A DNA stretch of 61,901 nucleotides, the filler included, from Sandaracinaceae bacterium (GTDB lineage Bacteria; Myxococcota_A; Polyangia; Polyangiales; JADJQN01), in assembly GCA_947483975.1 (NCBI GenBank). It is 13 parts of 13 records of this genome, joined end to end, with 100 filler letters (N's around TTAATTAATTAA, not from the genome) between each part and the next. Parts side by side here need not be neighbours in the genome. Positions count along the whole stretch, not along the records: positions 43,202 to 47,835 come from CANKOL010000406.1; positions 47,936 to 52,561 come from CANKOL010000407.1; positions 52,662 to 57,242 come from CANKOL010000409.1; 10 more parts are not named here. One strand, 5' to 3'. The notes below the pieces were generated by a model. The model saw only the letters and a program-made list of their open reading frames with translations. It was not told the origin of the DNA and did not search any database. Position numbers and translations under genes: made by a program. This document shows, in pieces, positions 43,950-52,917 of this stretch. How positions within the stretch are numbered: position 1 is the first letter of the stretch; each line of letters starts with the position of its first letter.

Positions 43950-44969
43950 ATGACCAGGCTTCAAGCAACCTTCCTCGCGCTCTCGATCACGCTCACCCTT
44001 ACCGGCTGTCCGATGTACGGCGGCAACAGCGGCGGCCCGCGGCCGGAGTACTGCGTCGGCGCGGGCTGCCCCTGCACGACCATCGACGACTGCTCGCTCG
44101 GCCTGCGCTGCGACGTCAGCACCGGCTACTGCGAGGACGCGCCCGCCTGCGTCAGCAACGCGGACTGCGGCGCCGGCGAGATCTGCGACACCGCCCACGC
44201 GGTCTGCGTCCCGGGCACGCCCCCCGCCGCCTGCCGCACGCACGGCGACTGCGCCGCGGGCGAGTACTGCGCGAGCGACGTCTGCACCCCCTCGTCGGCG
44301 TGCACGACCGACGCGACCTGCACCGGCGGCTTCGTCTGCGACTTCCGCAGCACCTGCGTGCCCCCGGGCGCGTGCCGCACGACCGCCGACTGCACCGGCA
44401 CGCAGCTTTGCATCGAGGGCGCCTGCACCGACCCGTCGAGCACCTGCCAGTTCAACTACGAGTGCGGCGCCGGCCGCGCCTGCGTCGACAACGCCTGCGT
44501 GAACCTCTGCACGGCCGCGTCGCAGTGCGCCTCGGGTCAGACCTGCCGCGCCGGCTTCTGTGAGGCGGACCCGACCGAGTGCACGACGTCCGCCGCGTGC
44601 GGAGCCGACCACTGCGTCGACGGGCGCTGCCTCTCGGACTGCCGCACCAGCACCTGCGTCGGCGCGAGCGACACCTGCGGCGCCGATCAGTTCTGCCGCC
44701 CCACCTGGGAGCCGCACCCCTTCTGCACCACCGACACCCAGTGCGCCCTCGGCAGCGTCTGCCGCGGCGGCGTCTGCCGCACCCCCTGCCCCACCGGGAC
44801 GAGCGCCGAGTGCATGCGCTTCGACGTGCAGCTCCCCATCTGCCAGATGGCGAGCGGCTCGACCGAGTACCTCTGCTACGCGACCAACGAGAGCGTCCCC
44901 GAGTGCGCGCTCCAGACCGACTGCGGCGCGATGGAGAGCTGCATCGACGCCGTCTGCCGCAACCGCTGA
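43950..44969 (+). CDS. Cys-rich repeat lipoprotein
   Basis: Lipobox LTGC; about a dozen Cx4-5C-x4-5-C-x4-6-C modules. Confidence 0.85.
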   Translation: MTRLQATFLALSITLTLTGCPMYGGNSGGPRPEYCVGAGCPCTTIDDCSLGLRCDVSTGYCEDAPACVSNADCGAGEICDTAHAVCVPGTPPAACRTHGDCAAGEYCASDVCTPSSACTTDATCTGGFVCDFRSTCVPPGACRTTADCTGTQLCIEGACTDPSSTCQFNYECGAGRACVDNACVNLCTAASQCASGQTCRAGFCEADPTECTTSAACGADHCVDGRCLSDCRTSTCVGASDTCGADQFCRPTWEPHPFCTTDTQCALGSVCRGGVCRTPCPTGTSAECMRFDVQLPICQMASGSTEYLCYATNESVPECALQTDCGAMESCIDAVCRNR

Positions 44970-44999
44970 GCTGAGCGCCCCCCGACCGAAGTGACGACT

Positions 45000-45036
45000 G
45001 CCCCTGCGGACTGGCTCCGCGGGGGCTTCGTCGTCT
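45000..45036 (+). terminator. probable intrinsic terminator
   Basis: GCCCCTGCGGA-CTGGC-TCCGCGGGGGC hairpin followed by TTCGTCGTCT, between convergent genes. Confidence 0.55.
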
Positions 45037-45112
45037 CTGCGCCGGGAGATACGGTGGGAGATGCGCTGGACGTGGAGGCGTGCGAGGCGGAGCGCGAGGC
45101 GGTGCGCGCCGC

Positions 45113-46300
45113 TCAGCGATCCGACTCGACCGCGCGCGCCGTCTCCTCGAGCGTGCGCTTCGGCGCGTAGCCGAGCGTCGCGCGGGCGCGGGCGTCGTCC
45201 ACCATGCAGAGGTAGCGGACGTGGTCGAGCTCCGGCGTCGGGAACGACGTCAGCCGGAACTTCCACAGGCGCGAGAGCACGCTCTCGGCGATCGGTCCCG
45301 GCACGGCCATCGGCTTGCGCCCGAGCATGCGCAGGAGGTGCGAGAGCGGGACCTCCCCCGGACCGCGCAGGTTGAAGATGCCGCGCACGCCCGGGCGCAG
45401 CGCGAGCACGAGCGCGTCGACTACGTCGCGCTCGTGGACGACCTGCACCATCGGGTCGTAGCCCATCACCGTCAGCGGGCGCTCGAGGCGCAGGTAGTTG
45501 CTGGGCGCGTTCCGCACGCTGCCGAGGATGTGGCAGGGGCGCAGGATGACCGTCTCGGTCGAGGGGTTCCGCCAGAAGAAGCTCTGCGCGAGCATGTCGA
45601 CCTCGACGAGGTCGCGGATCGCGCTGAAGGTCTGCGCGCCGAGGAGCGGCGCCTCCTCCGTCAGGAACTGCGGGTTGTCCGCCTGCGGCCCGTAGACGTT
45701 CGCGCTCGAGAGCACGACCAGCTTCGGGATCTCGAACTCCGCCAGGTACTCCAGCAGCTTCTGAAAGCCCCGGACGTTCCAGGAGTGGTGCTCTTTGTCG
45801 CTCGCCCGCGGGTCGTGCATGACCCCGAGGTGCACGACGGCGCGGATGCCGCCCGCGCGGAACACGTCGCGCGTCTTCTTGCGACGCACGTCGAACTGGT
45901 GGTGGACGATGTCCTTCGGCTTGCCCTCGAACGCGCGGCGGTCGATGCCGACGACCTCGTCGTCGCGGTGCAGCGTGCGCGCGAGCAGGCGCCCGAGGCG
46001 CCCACAGATCCCCGTGATCAGCACGGAGCCCTCGCTCGCGCTGACCTGCGCGCGCGGCTTGCTGCGGCGCGGCGCGGCGAGCCCACCGCTGCTCGTCACG
46101 GCGAGGACCGCCGGCGCCGTGACGGCAGGCACCGCGACCACAGGCGCCGCGACCACAGGCACCGCGACCACAGGCACCGCGACCACAGGCGCCGCGACCA
46201 CAGGCGCCGCGACCACAGGCGCTGCCGAGTCGGCGGGCTGCGACGACGGACGCTGAAAGCGCGCGTTCGGGCGCTTGGGCTTCTTCGTTTCTTCGGCCAT
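45113..46300 (-). CDS. NAD-dependent epimerase/dehydratase family (atypical extended SDR)
   Basis: TGICGRLG, SSANVYG, VILRP, QVVHERD. No YxxxK. Confidence 0.88.
   Translation of the reverse strand: MAEETKKPKRPNARFQRPSSQPADSAAPVVAAPVVAAPVVAVPVVAVPVVAAPVVAVPAVTAPAVLAVTSSGGLAAPRRSKPRAQVSASEGSVLITGICGRLGRLLARTLHRDDEVVGIDRRAFEGKPKDIVHHQFDVRRKKTRDVFRAGGIRAVVHLGVMHDPRASDKEHHSWNVRGFQKLLEYLAEFEIPKLVVLSSANVYGPQADNPQFLTEEAPLLGAQTFSAIRDLVEVDMLAQSFFWRNPSTETVILRPCHILGSVRNAPSNYLRLERPLTVMGYDPMVQVVHERDVVDALVLALRPGVRGIFNLRGPGEVPLSHLLRMLGRKPMAVPGPIAESVLSRLWKFRLTSFPTPELDHVRYLCMVDDARARATLGYAPKRTLEETARAVESDR
46132..46221. repeat. 15-bp tandem repeat x6 (CCGCGACCACAGGCR) encoding PVVA(A/V)
   Basis: Directly visible, in the N-terminal extension of the epimerase. 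Confidence 0.92.
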
Positions 46301-46351
46301 CGGGGCGGCCAGCATAGCGCCTCTCGCGCGTCGTCGGTCATGCTGTCGTCG

Positions 46352-47398
46352 ATGGCGACTCCCGGCCCGCGAAACGCGACCCCGACGCTCCACGGCAGCG
46401 ACGAGGCGAGGCGCATCCACGCCGAGTGCCCCGCGCTCGACCTGCACACCGACTCGTTCCTCTGGACGCGCCTGCTCCGCTACGACGTCAACGCCCGCCA
46501 CACGCCCCCGCTGCCGGCGAGCGCGCTCTTCGGGCATGTGGACGTGCCGCGCGCGCTCGAGGGCGGCCTCGGCGGCGCGTTCTTCGGGCTGGTCGCGCTG
46601 CCGTGGCTCGACCGCTCCTGCCGCCGCGCCATCGACGACACCATCGGCCTCATCGAGCGCACCGTGAGCGCGAGCGACGGCAAGCTGCGCCTCGCCCGGA
46701 GCGCCGAGGACCTCGAGGCCGCGCGGCGCGACGGCGTCGTCGCGGCGATGCTCGGCGTCGAGGGCGCGCACTCCCTCGAGGGCGACGTGGACGCGCTCGC
46801 CCCGCTCGCCAGACGCGGCGTGCGCTACCTCGGGCTCCTGCACTTCACGGCCAATCCGTGCGGCGCGCCGATGATGGGCTGGGGCCAAGACAGCGGGCAG
46901 GGCCTGACGAACTTCGGGCGCGACGTCGTCACCAAGTGCGAGGACGAGGGCATCCTCGTCGACCTCGCGCACATCAACGAGCGCGGGCTCTTCGACGCGT
47001 GTGAGCAGGCGACGAAGCCGATGATCCTGTCGCACGCCGGGCTCGCCGGCGTGTTCGACTCCTGGCGCAACACGAGCGACGCGCAGCTACGCGCCGTCGC
47101 CGACACGGGCGGCGTCGCCGGGGTGATCTTCTGCCCGCGCTACCTCGGGCGGGACGGCGTCGAGGCGGTCGTCGACCACCTGCTGCACATCGTGAACGTC
47201 GCGGGCGAGGACGTCGCCGCGCTCGGCAGCGACTGGGACGGCTTCATCGTGCCGACGCGCGGCCTCGACGAGGCGAGCAAGCTGCCGCTCCTCACGGACG
47301 CGCTCCTCGCTCGCAAGGTGCCCGAGCGGACTATCCGCAAGATCCTGCGCGAGAACACGCTGCGCGTGCTGCGAGACGCGCCGCCGCGGACGCCCTGA
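46352..47398 (+). CDS. membrane dipeptidase (peptidase M19)
   Basis: DLHTD, HVDVPR, GVEGAH, VDLAH, SHAG, RN, LGSDWDG. Confidence 0.92.
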   Translation: MATPGPRNATPTLHGSDEARRIHAECPALDLHTDSFLWTRLLRYDVNARHTPPLPASALFGHVDVPRALEGGLGGAFFGLVALPWLDRSCRRAIDDTIGLIERTVSASDGKLRLARSAEDLEAARRDGVVAAMLGVEGAHSLEGDVDALAPLARRGVRYLGLLHFTANPCGAPMMGWGQDSGQGLTNFGRDVVTKCEDEGILVDLAHINERGLFDACEQATKPMILSHAGLAGVFDSWRNTSDAQLRAVADTGGVAGVIFCPRYLGRDGVEAVVDHLLHIVNVAGEDVAALGSDWDGFIVPTRGLDEASKLPLLTDALLARKVPERTIRKILRENTLRVLRDAPPRTP

Positions 47399-47835
47399 CC
47401 GAGCGTCCGTGCGAGCGGTTCGGGATCTCCGCGAAGAGCGGCTCCGGATCGAAGGTGCGCCCCTCTCTGCGAAGCTCGAAGTGCAGGTGCGGCCCGCGCG
47501 CGATGCCCGTCGAGCCGACGAGGCCGAGGCGCTCGCCGCGCGTCGCCCGCCAGCCGGGCTGCACGGTGATGCGCGAGAGGTGCGCGTAGAGCGAGACCGT
47601 GCCGTTCGCGTGCACGAGCATCACGCAGTTGCCGTAGCCGCGCACGCCGTTGTCGGCGTAGGCGACGAGCCCGTCCGCGACGGCCCGCACCTCGTCGCCC
47701 GTCGCGCCGGCGACGTCGACGCCCTCGTGCCGGAGGTCCCGCCGCTCACGCCGCGTGAAGCCGAAGCCGCGCCCAAAGCGCGCGCCGTTCACCGGCCAGA
47801 GCAGCGCCCGCTGCCGCGCGCGACCGTGCACCGCC
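47331..47835 (-). CDS. M23 family metallopeptidase, 5' partial
   Basis: HEGVD, GYGN, YAHL, GPHLHFE. Confidence 0.88.
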
Positions 47836-47935
47836 NNNNNNNNNNNNNNNNNNNNNNNNNNNNNNNNNNNNNNNNNNNNTTAATTAATTAANNNNNNNNN
47901 NNNNNNNNNNNNNNNNNNNNNNNNNNNNNNNNNNN
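47836..47935. other. artificial contig linker
   Basis: N44-TTAATTAATTAA-N44. Confidence 0.99.
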
Positions 47936-48463
47936 GCGCTCGCCGAGCAGGACCCGGTCAGCGTCGTCGCGGGCAAGGGCGCGCTCGGCGCAGCGCTCAC
48001 AGGCACAGCCGCGCTCGCCCTCGGGGAGCCGCTGCCCGGCGCGCTGCCTGCGCTCGCGCTCCTCGCGTGCGGAGCGACCGGCTACGGGCTGAGCCTTCGT
48101 CTCTACTTGCTCGCGCAGCGTCGCATCGGCGCTGCTCGCACGGGGTCGATCTTCGCCGTCGCGCCCTTCGTCGGTGCCGCGCTCGCGTGGGCGCTCGGCG
48201 ACCGCACGCTCGGCCTGTGGACGCTCGCCTCGGCCGTGCTCTTCGGCGCGGGCGTCGCCCTCCACGTCACGGAGCGCCACACGCATCCGCACGCCCACCC
48301 GCCCGTCGAGCACGAGCACGCGCATCGGCACGACGACGGGCACCACACGCACCCGCACGAGCCGCCCGTGCTCGGCGAGCACGCGCACCCGCACCACCAC
48401 GAGCCCCTCGAGCACGACCACGACCACGCGCCCGACGTGCACCACGAGCACGTTCACGGCTAG
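47936..48463 (+). CDS. EamA/DMT transporter with His-rich C-terminal tail, 5' partial
   Basis: GYGLSLRLYLLAQRRIGAARTG..APFVG DMT motif; about 25 His in the last ~67 residues. Confidence 0.85.
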   Translation, partial: ALAEQDPVSVVAGKGALGAALTGTAALALGEPLPGALPALALLACGATGYGLSLRLYLLAQRRIGAARTGSIFAVAPFVGAALAWALGDRTLGLWTLASAVLFGAGVALHVTERHTHPHAHPPVEHEHAHRHDDGHHTHPHEPPVLGEHAHPHHHEPLEHDHDHAPDVHHEHVHG

Positions 48464-48478
48464 CGAGCAGGGGCGCGC

Positions 48479-49012
48479 TCACGGTTCACCCGGAGACAGC
48501 CCGAAGCGCGTCGTCAGATCGGCGCTGAAGACCGGCTTCTCGCGAGTGAGGCTCAGGGCCAGCTGGTATTCCCACTCTTCAGCAGACGTCCCGTCGTGCA
48601 CCACATGACCGGTGATCTCCACTCGGTACCACCCCGGAGGCACCTCGACGTGCGCGTGCCGCGGATGGTCAGGCTCCCAGTCGGTCAGGTAGCCGAGTCC
48701 GCAGAAGATGAGCTTTCCCGTCTCGGTGCCGAGAATCCAACCAGACGAACGGAGTCGCGGGTGCTGGTCCATCGACTGCAGGGCCGCGTCTCTCACGATG
48801 ATGGTGTAGTCGCCCGCCTCGACTCCGATCATCGGTATCGCTACGCCTTCGCGGCACACGCGGTCGCCGTCCTCGCTTCGAGCGAAGCGCGCCAGCAGGT
48901 CGACGCCTCGCACGGGCGCGTCGTAGAAGTGCTCGAGCCTCGCGGGATCGAGCAGCACGAAGCCGTGCAGCTCGGGGAAGCAGTTCTCCAGCCGTATCGA
49001 GTCGAAGGACAC
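48479..49012 (-). CDS. hypothetical protein, 177 aa
   Basis: Natural composition; RBS GAGG upstream of GTG. Confidence 0.7.
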   Translation of the reverse strand: MSFDSIRLENCFPELHGFVLLDPARLEHFYDAPVRGVDLLARFARSEDGDRVCREGVAIPMIGVEAGDYTIIVRDAALQSMDQHPRLRSSGWILGTETGKLIFCGLGYLTDWEPDHPRHAHVEVPPGWYRVEITGHVVHDGTSAEEWEYQLALSLTREKPVFSADLTTRFGLSPGEP

Positions 49013-49063
49013 GGAGACATCCTCGCACGGCGCGAGGGCTGTCGGTGGCGGCGGGGTAGGTCG

Positions 49064-50215
49064 CTACGACGTGATCAGCCCCTGAAGCCACGCTGCGACC
49101 TGGGCGGTCGGCGGGAGCCCCTCCTGCTCGCCGGCGCTGACCGTCGCGATGCTCGCTGGGCAATCCGGCATCGAGCCGTTGAAATGCTGCTGCGCGACGC
49201 GGCGCCCCGTACGGCGTTCGTAGACCTTGTCGTCGTAGTCGATTCGCACGGTGGAAAAGGCAGCAGTCTCGTTGCCTTCCGCGCGCCGGTACATTCCGCA
49301 AGAGCGCCGTTGAATGGTCCGTCGGCGCAGCGCCACTAGGTCCACGTCGGTGAGTCGCTCTGCGTGGCCGAGTAACTGACCGTCCTGCGTGACCAGAGAA
49401 CGGTGTGGCTGCGCGCCGTCTCCAGCGACCTCCCCCGGAAAGAGGGACGGGCCGCGCGGGAGTTGCTCGGTGAACCGCTCGTTGAGCATCGGTCGGAGAT
49501 GGACGAGGCTGGAGACGTTGAAGCCCTGCGCGAGGCGTTCACCACCCGCGAACTGCAGGGCGACTGGGTAAGCGTAGTAGTGGGGCTCAGGCCCGTACAG
49601 GTCAGCGACGGTGGCGGTGAGCGCGGTGGGAAGGAGATCCCCCTCGATCCGCACAGTCTCTCCGCTCGAGGTGGCTGTCTGCGTTCCGAAGGTGACCAGC
49701 GTCCCGGCGGGCGCGTCGACGAAGAGGGTCACCGGATCGGTGCTGATGGACCCGCTGCACGTGAACCCGACACACGTCAGCCTCGTGAACATCCCGCTGC
49801 TGATACGAAGCGCGCCATTGCGCGTGAACGCGACTGGCACCGTCGTGGCGACCGCGGTGCGCGCTTGGTCGATCAGCGTGATGTCGAAGTGCTGCGGCAC
49901 CCCGAATGGCACCCGCCCACACTCGCAGAATACCCGAAATCCCTGGTCCATCGCGCCAGCCGTCGCCATGGCATTCCCGGCGTCCCCGTTTTGGCAACGC
50001 CAGTCGCTCGGAAAGGATATCTGGGTGTTGCGCGGCGCGATCAGGTCCAAACGCACCGAGTCCAGCCGCGGGCCTACGATCTCCGTAGCGAGGACTCGGA
50101 ACGGGACGGGGGCCGGCACGACGAGCGGCCGGTCGCTGCCACAGCCGAGTACGGTGGCGCCCATAACGCTGAACCCAATCACGCAGAGTACGGCCATCGA
50201 GCTTGCGCGGAACAT
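49064..50215 (-). CDS. hypothetical lipoprotein
   Basis: Lipobox VLGC; RBS GGGGGAG; paired Cys; lower GC than the flanks. Confidence 0.75.
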   Translation of the reverse strand: MFRASSMAVLCVIGFSVMGATVLGCGSDRPLVVPAPVPFRVLATEIVGPRLDSVRLDLIAPRNTQISFPSDWRCQNGDAGNAMATAGAMDQGFRVFCECGRVPFGVPQHFDITLIDQARTAVATTVPVAFTRNGALRISSGMFTRLTCVGFTCSGSISTDPVTLFVDAPAGTLVTFGTQTATSSGETVRIEGDLLPTALTATVADLYGPEPHYYAYPVALQFAGGERLAQGFNVSSLVHLRPMLNERFTEQLPRGPSLFPGEVAGDGAQPHRSLVTQDGQLLGHAERLTDVDLVALRRRTIQRRSCGMYRRAEGNETAAFSTVRIDYDDKVYERRTGRRVAQQHFNGSMPDCPASIATVSAGEQEGLPPTAQVAAWLQGLITS

Positions 50216-50566
50216 CCTGCAGACTCCCCCTCGGCTACGGTCGACCAGGTTGTTCGTACGAAAGGCCGACGCTGCCGGAGCGGTCCGTGGCCGACGAGCG
50301 CGCACCGAAGCGCCGTTTCATGTCGTCAGGCTGCGACGCCTCGCGCGTCGCAAACGCGAGCCGCTCACCCCGCTGACGTGCAATCGCTCCATTCACGGGC
50401 GAACGATACAAGAGCGTGGCCGATAGTACAAAGGTCGTCACAACCCGGATCTGCGCGGAGTGAGCCATGGCGTCGATGGGTCGGGAGTGCCGCGGAGCAG
50501 CGTCCAGTGAGCCCGCGCGCACTCGACCGTTGACCGCCCCTGCCGCGGTCAGCTACACGGGGCGCC

Positions 50567-51454
50567 ATGAGCCGCGAAAATGTCGTGTGGGTCGATGGCG
50601 TGGTGTGTTCGATGGAGGCCGCGGGTGTGTCGCCGGTCGCGCACGGGCTTCACTACGGGACGGGCGTCTTCGAGGGCGTGCGCTGCTATGCGACGAGCCA
50701 GGGCCCCGCGGTGTTCCGGCTGCCGGAGCACCTCGCGCGCATGAAGCGCGGCGCGGACGCGCTCGCGATGCCCTTCGACGAGGCGGCCGTCACGGGCGGC
50801 GTCGTCGACCTGCTCCGCGCGAACGGCCTGAGCGAGGCGTACGTGCGGCCGCTCTCCTACTACGAGAGCGGCGGGCTCTCGCTCGACGTCGCGCCGCTGC
50901 ACGCGCGTCATCTCGTGGCCGCGATGCCGTGGAAGAGCCACCTCGGCAGCACAGAGGAGCGCGGAGGCGTGCGCCTGCATACGTCGTCGGTGCGCCGCAC
51001 GGCCGCGAGCGCCGTGCCGCCGCTCAAGCTCTGCGGCAACTACGTCAACGCGATCCTCGCGAAGCTCGAGGCGACCCGCGCGGGCTACGACGAGGCGCTG
51101 TTCGTCGACGAGCAGGGCTACGTCTGCGAGGCGACCGGCGAGAACGTCTTCTTCGTCAAGGACAAGCAGGTGATCGCGGTCGCGCACCCCGACGCGCTGC
51201 CCGGGATCACGCGCGCCACGGTGCTCGACCTCTCCGGCGGCGTCGAGCGCGCGGTGACGCTCGAGGAGCTGCGCGACGCGGACGAGATCTTCCTGACGGG
51301 GACCTCGGCCGAGCTCGCGGCGGTCGGTACCTTCGACGCGCGTCGCCTCGCGCCGGGCCCCGTCACGCGTGAGCTTGCGCGCCTGTATCAGGCGGCGGTC
51401 CACGGCGAGTCGGAGCTCTCGCGCGGTTGGCTGCTCCCGATCTCGGCGTCCTGA
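50567..51454 (+). CDS. ilvE: branched-chain amino acid aminotransferase (PLP class IV)
   Basis: LHYGTGVFEGVRCY, catalytic K in LKLCGNY, EATGENVF, LPGITR, GTSAE. Confidence 0.9.
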   Translation: MSRENVVWVDGVVCSMEAAGVSPVAHGLHYGTGVFEGVRCYATSQGPAVFRLPEHLARMKRGADALAMPFDEAAVTGGVVDLLRANGLSEAYVRPLSYYESGGLSLDVAPLHARHLVAAMPWKSHLGSTEERGGVRLHTSSVRRTAASAVPPLKLCGNYVNAILAKLEATRAGYDEALFVDEQGYVCEATGENVFFVKDKQVIAVAHPDALPGITRATVLDLSGGVERAVTLEELRDADEIFLTGTSAELAAVGTFDARRLAPGPVTRELARLYQAAVHGESELSRGWLLPISAS

Positions 51455-51558
51455 GCGAGCGCGCCGCACGCGTCAGAGGCTGAGTCTCCGACGCGTACGG
51501 GCCGTGAGGTGGAGCTCCCCGGTGTCGGGGAGCGTCCCGAAGACGAGCGGGCTGCGCG

Positions 51559-52561
51559 TCAGGTGATGCGGTCTTCTTCGCGGAGCAGCATCGGGAGCGC
51601 GACGCGCTTCTTGCGAGGCGCGCCGGGCTCGGGGGCCTTCTCCGCGCGGAAGCCGCCCGCGGTCACCGCCGACGCGGCGGCGCGCGCAGAGTCGAGATCG
51701 AGGCTCTGCTCGTCTGCGTCGCGCACTGCCGCGAGGACCGCGTCGAGCAGCGCCCGGACGTCGTCGCGGCTCGTCGGGTCGAGGTCGGACCAGCGGCGGT
51801 ACGACACGGCGAACGACTTCGTGGAAGCGAACGACGGCGTGCCTTCGCGCTTCGCCTCGACCTGTACGTCGAAGGGCTCCGGCGCGGCGTCGCTGCGAAA
51901 GCGAAGCGCGCCCTCAGGCCGCACGCGCAGGAAGCGGCTGGGGCGCGGCCTGCGCTCGAGCACGCGGAGGCGCGCTTCGGCGGTCGAAGCGTCGGCCGCG
52001 CGATCGGGCAACGCTGCGGCGAGCAGCTCGAGCGGGTCGTCGTCGCGGGACGCGAGGCCGTCCGCTCCGGCCGAGAGGCGGTACGACTCTTCGATGCCGG
52101 GGCAGAGCACGGCGACTCGACAGTCGGCGCAGCTCTCCGCGGGATACACGCGGCCCTCGAGCTGCTCGGTCGAGTCGTAGTATTCGCTCTTGCCGCGGTG
52201 GTCGAAGTCGAAATACGTCTCGTCGCCCGCGAGCGTGCCGAGCTCGTGCGAGTGCGCGGCGTGCCGACCGAGGTAGCAGAGCGGCACGTTGTAGTACCAG
52301 AAGGGCACGCTTTCGGCGGTGAGGTAGTCGCCGACCGAGAGGAAGTCGACCTCGTCGTGGCGGAGCACCGCCTGCCCGCTCGCGCGCTCGAGCGCGAGGC
52401 CCGTCATCGACACGAACTTGAATTTGAAGCGCACGGGGATGCGCGGGAATCGCTCGCGGAGGTAGCGCGCGATCGAGACGAGTTCGCCTTTGTTCTCGCG
52501 GCAGATCACCACGTTGACGATGGTGTGCACGTCGCCGAGTGAGTCGATCTCGGCGAGCGCC
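51559..52561 (-). CDS. radical SAM protein, C-terminal part (HxsC-like), 5' partial
   Basis: VNVVICREN, YNVPLC, CADCRVAVLCPG. The CxxxCxxC motif would lie beyond the contig edge. Confidence 0.6.
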
Positions 52562-52661
52562 NNNNNNNNNNNNNNNNNNNNNNNNNNNNNNNNNNNNNNN
52601 NNNNNTTAATTAATTAANNNNNNNNNNNNNNNNNNNNNNNNNNNNNNNNNNNNNNNNNNNN
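52562..52661. other. artificial contig linker
   Basis: N44-TTAATTAATTAA-N44. Confidence 0.99.
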
Positions 52662-52662
52662 C

Positions 52663-52917
52663 GCGCTGCGCTTCTCGCCCGACGCGCGCACGCTCGTCCT
52701 CGTCGGGCGCTCGGCGGGCGGCGTCGCGGGGCTGCACGCGCTCGACGCCTCGCAGGAGAACGCGCCGCGCTGCCTGACGAACTGCGACCTCGTCACCGGG
52801 CAGCCCTGGGGCGCGCGCTTCGTGCCGCTGCCCGCGGGCGCGGCGGCGCTGCGCTTCGACGCGGATGACGTGCTGTATGACAGCGTGCGCGTCGCCTATC
52901 GCGGAGGTGCGCGATGA
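52663..52917 (+). CDS. C-terminal fragment of a beta-propeller-like protein
   Basis: LRFSPDARTLV (PD40-like); ATGA overlap with the next gene. Confidence 0.5.
   Translation, partial: ALRFSPDARTLVLVGRSAGGVAGLHALDASQENAPRCLTNCDLVTGQPWGARFVPLPAGAAALRFDADDVLYDSVRVAYRGGAR

Noticed and set aside
41164..46221. Tandem repeats at 41164, 42618 and 46132 as CRISPR arrays
   Set aside because: No spacers, unit lengths are multiples of 3, and all lie in frame within genes.
45080..47398. 772-aa and 640-aa overlapping ORFs as long fusion proteins
   Set aside because: Each is a real gene (dipeptidase from about 46352, epimerase from 46300) extended by the antisense frame of the other.
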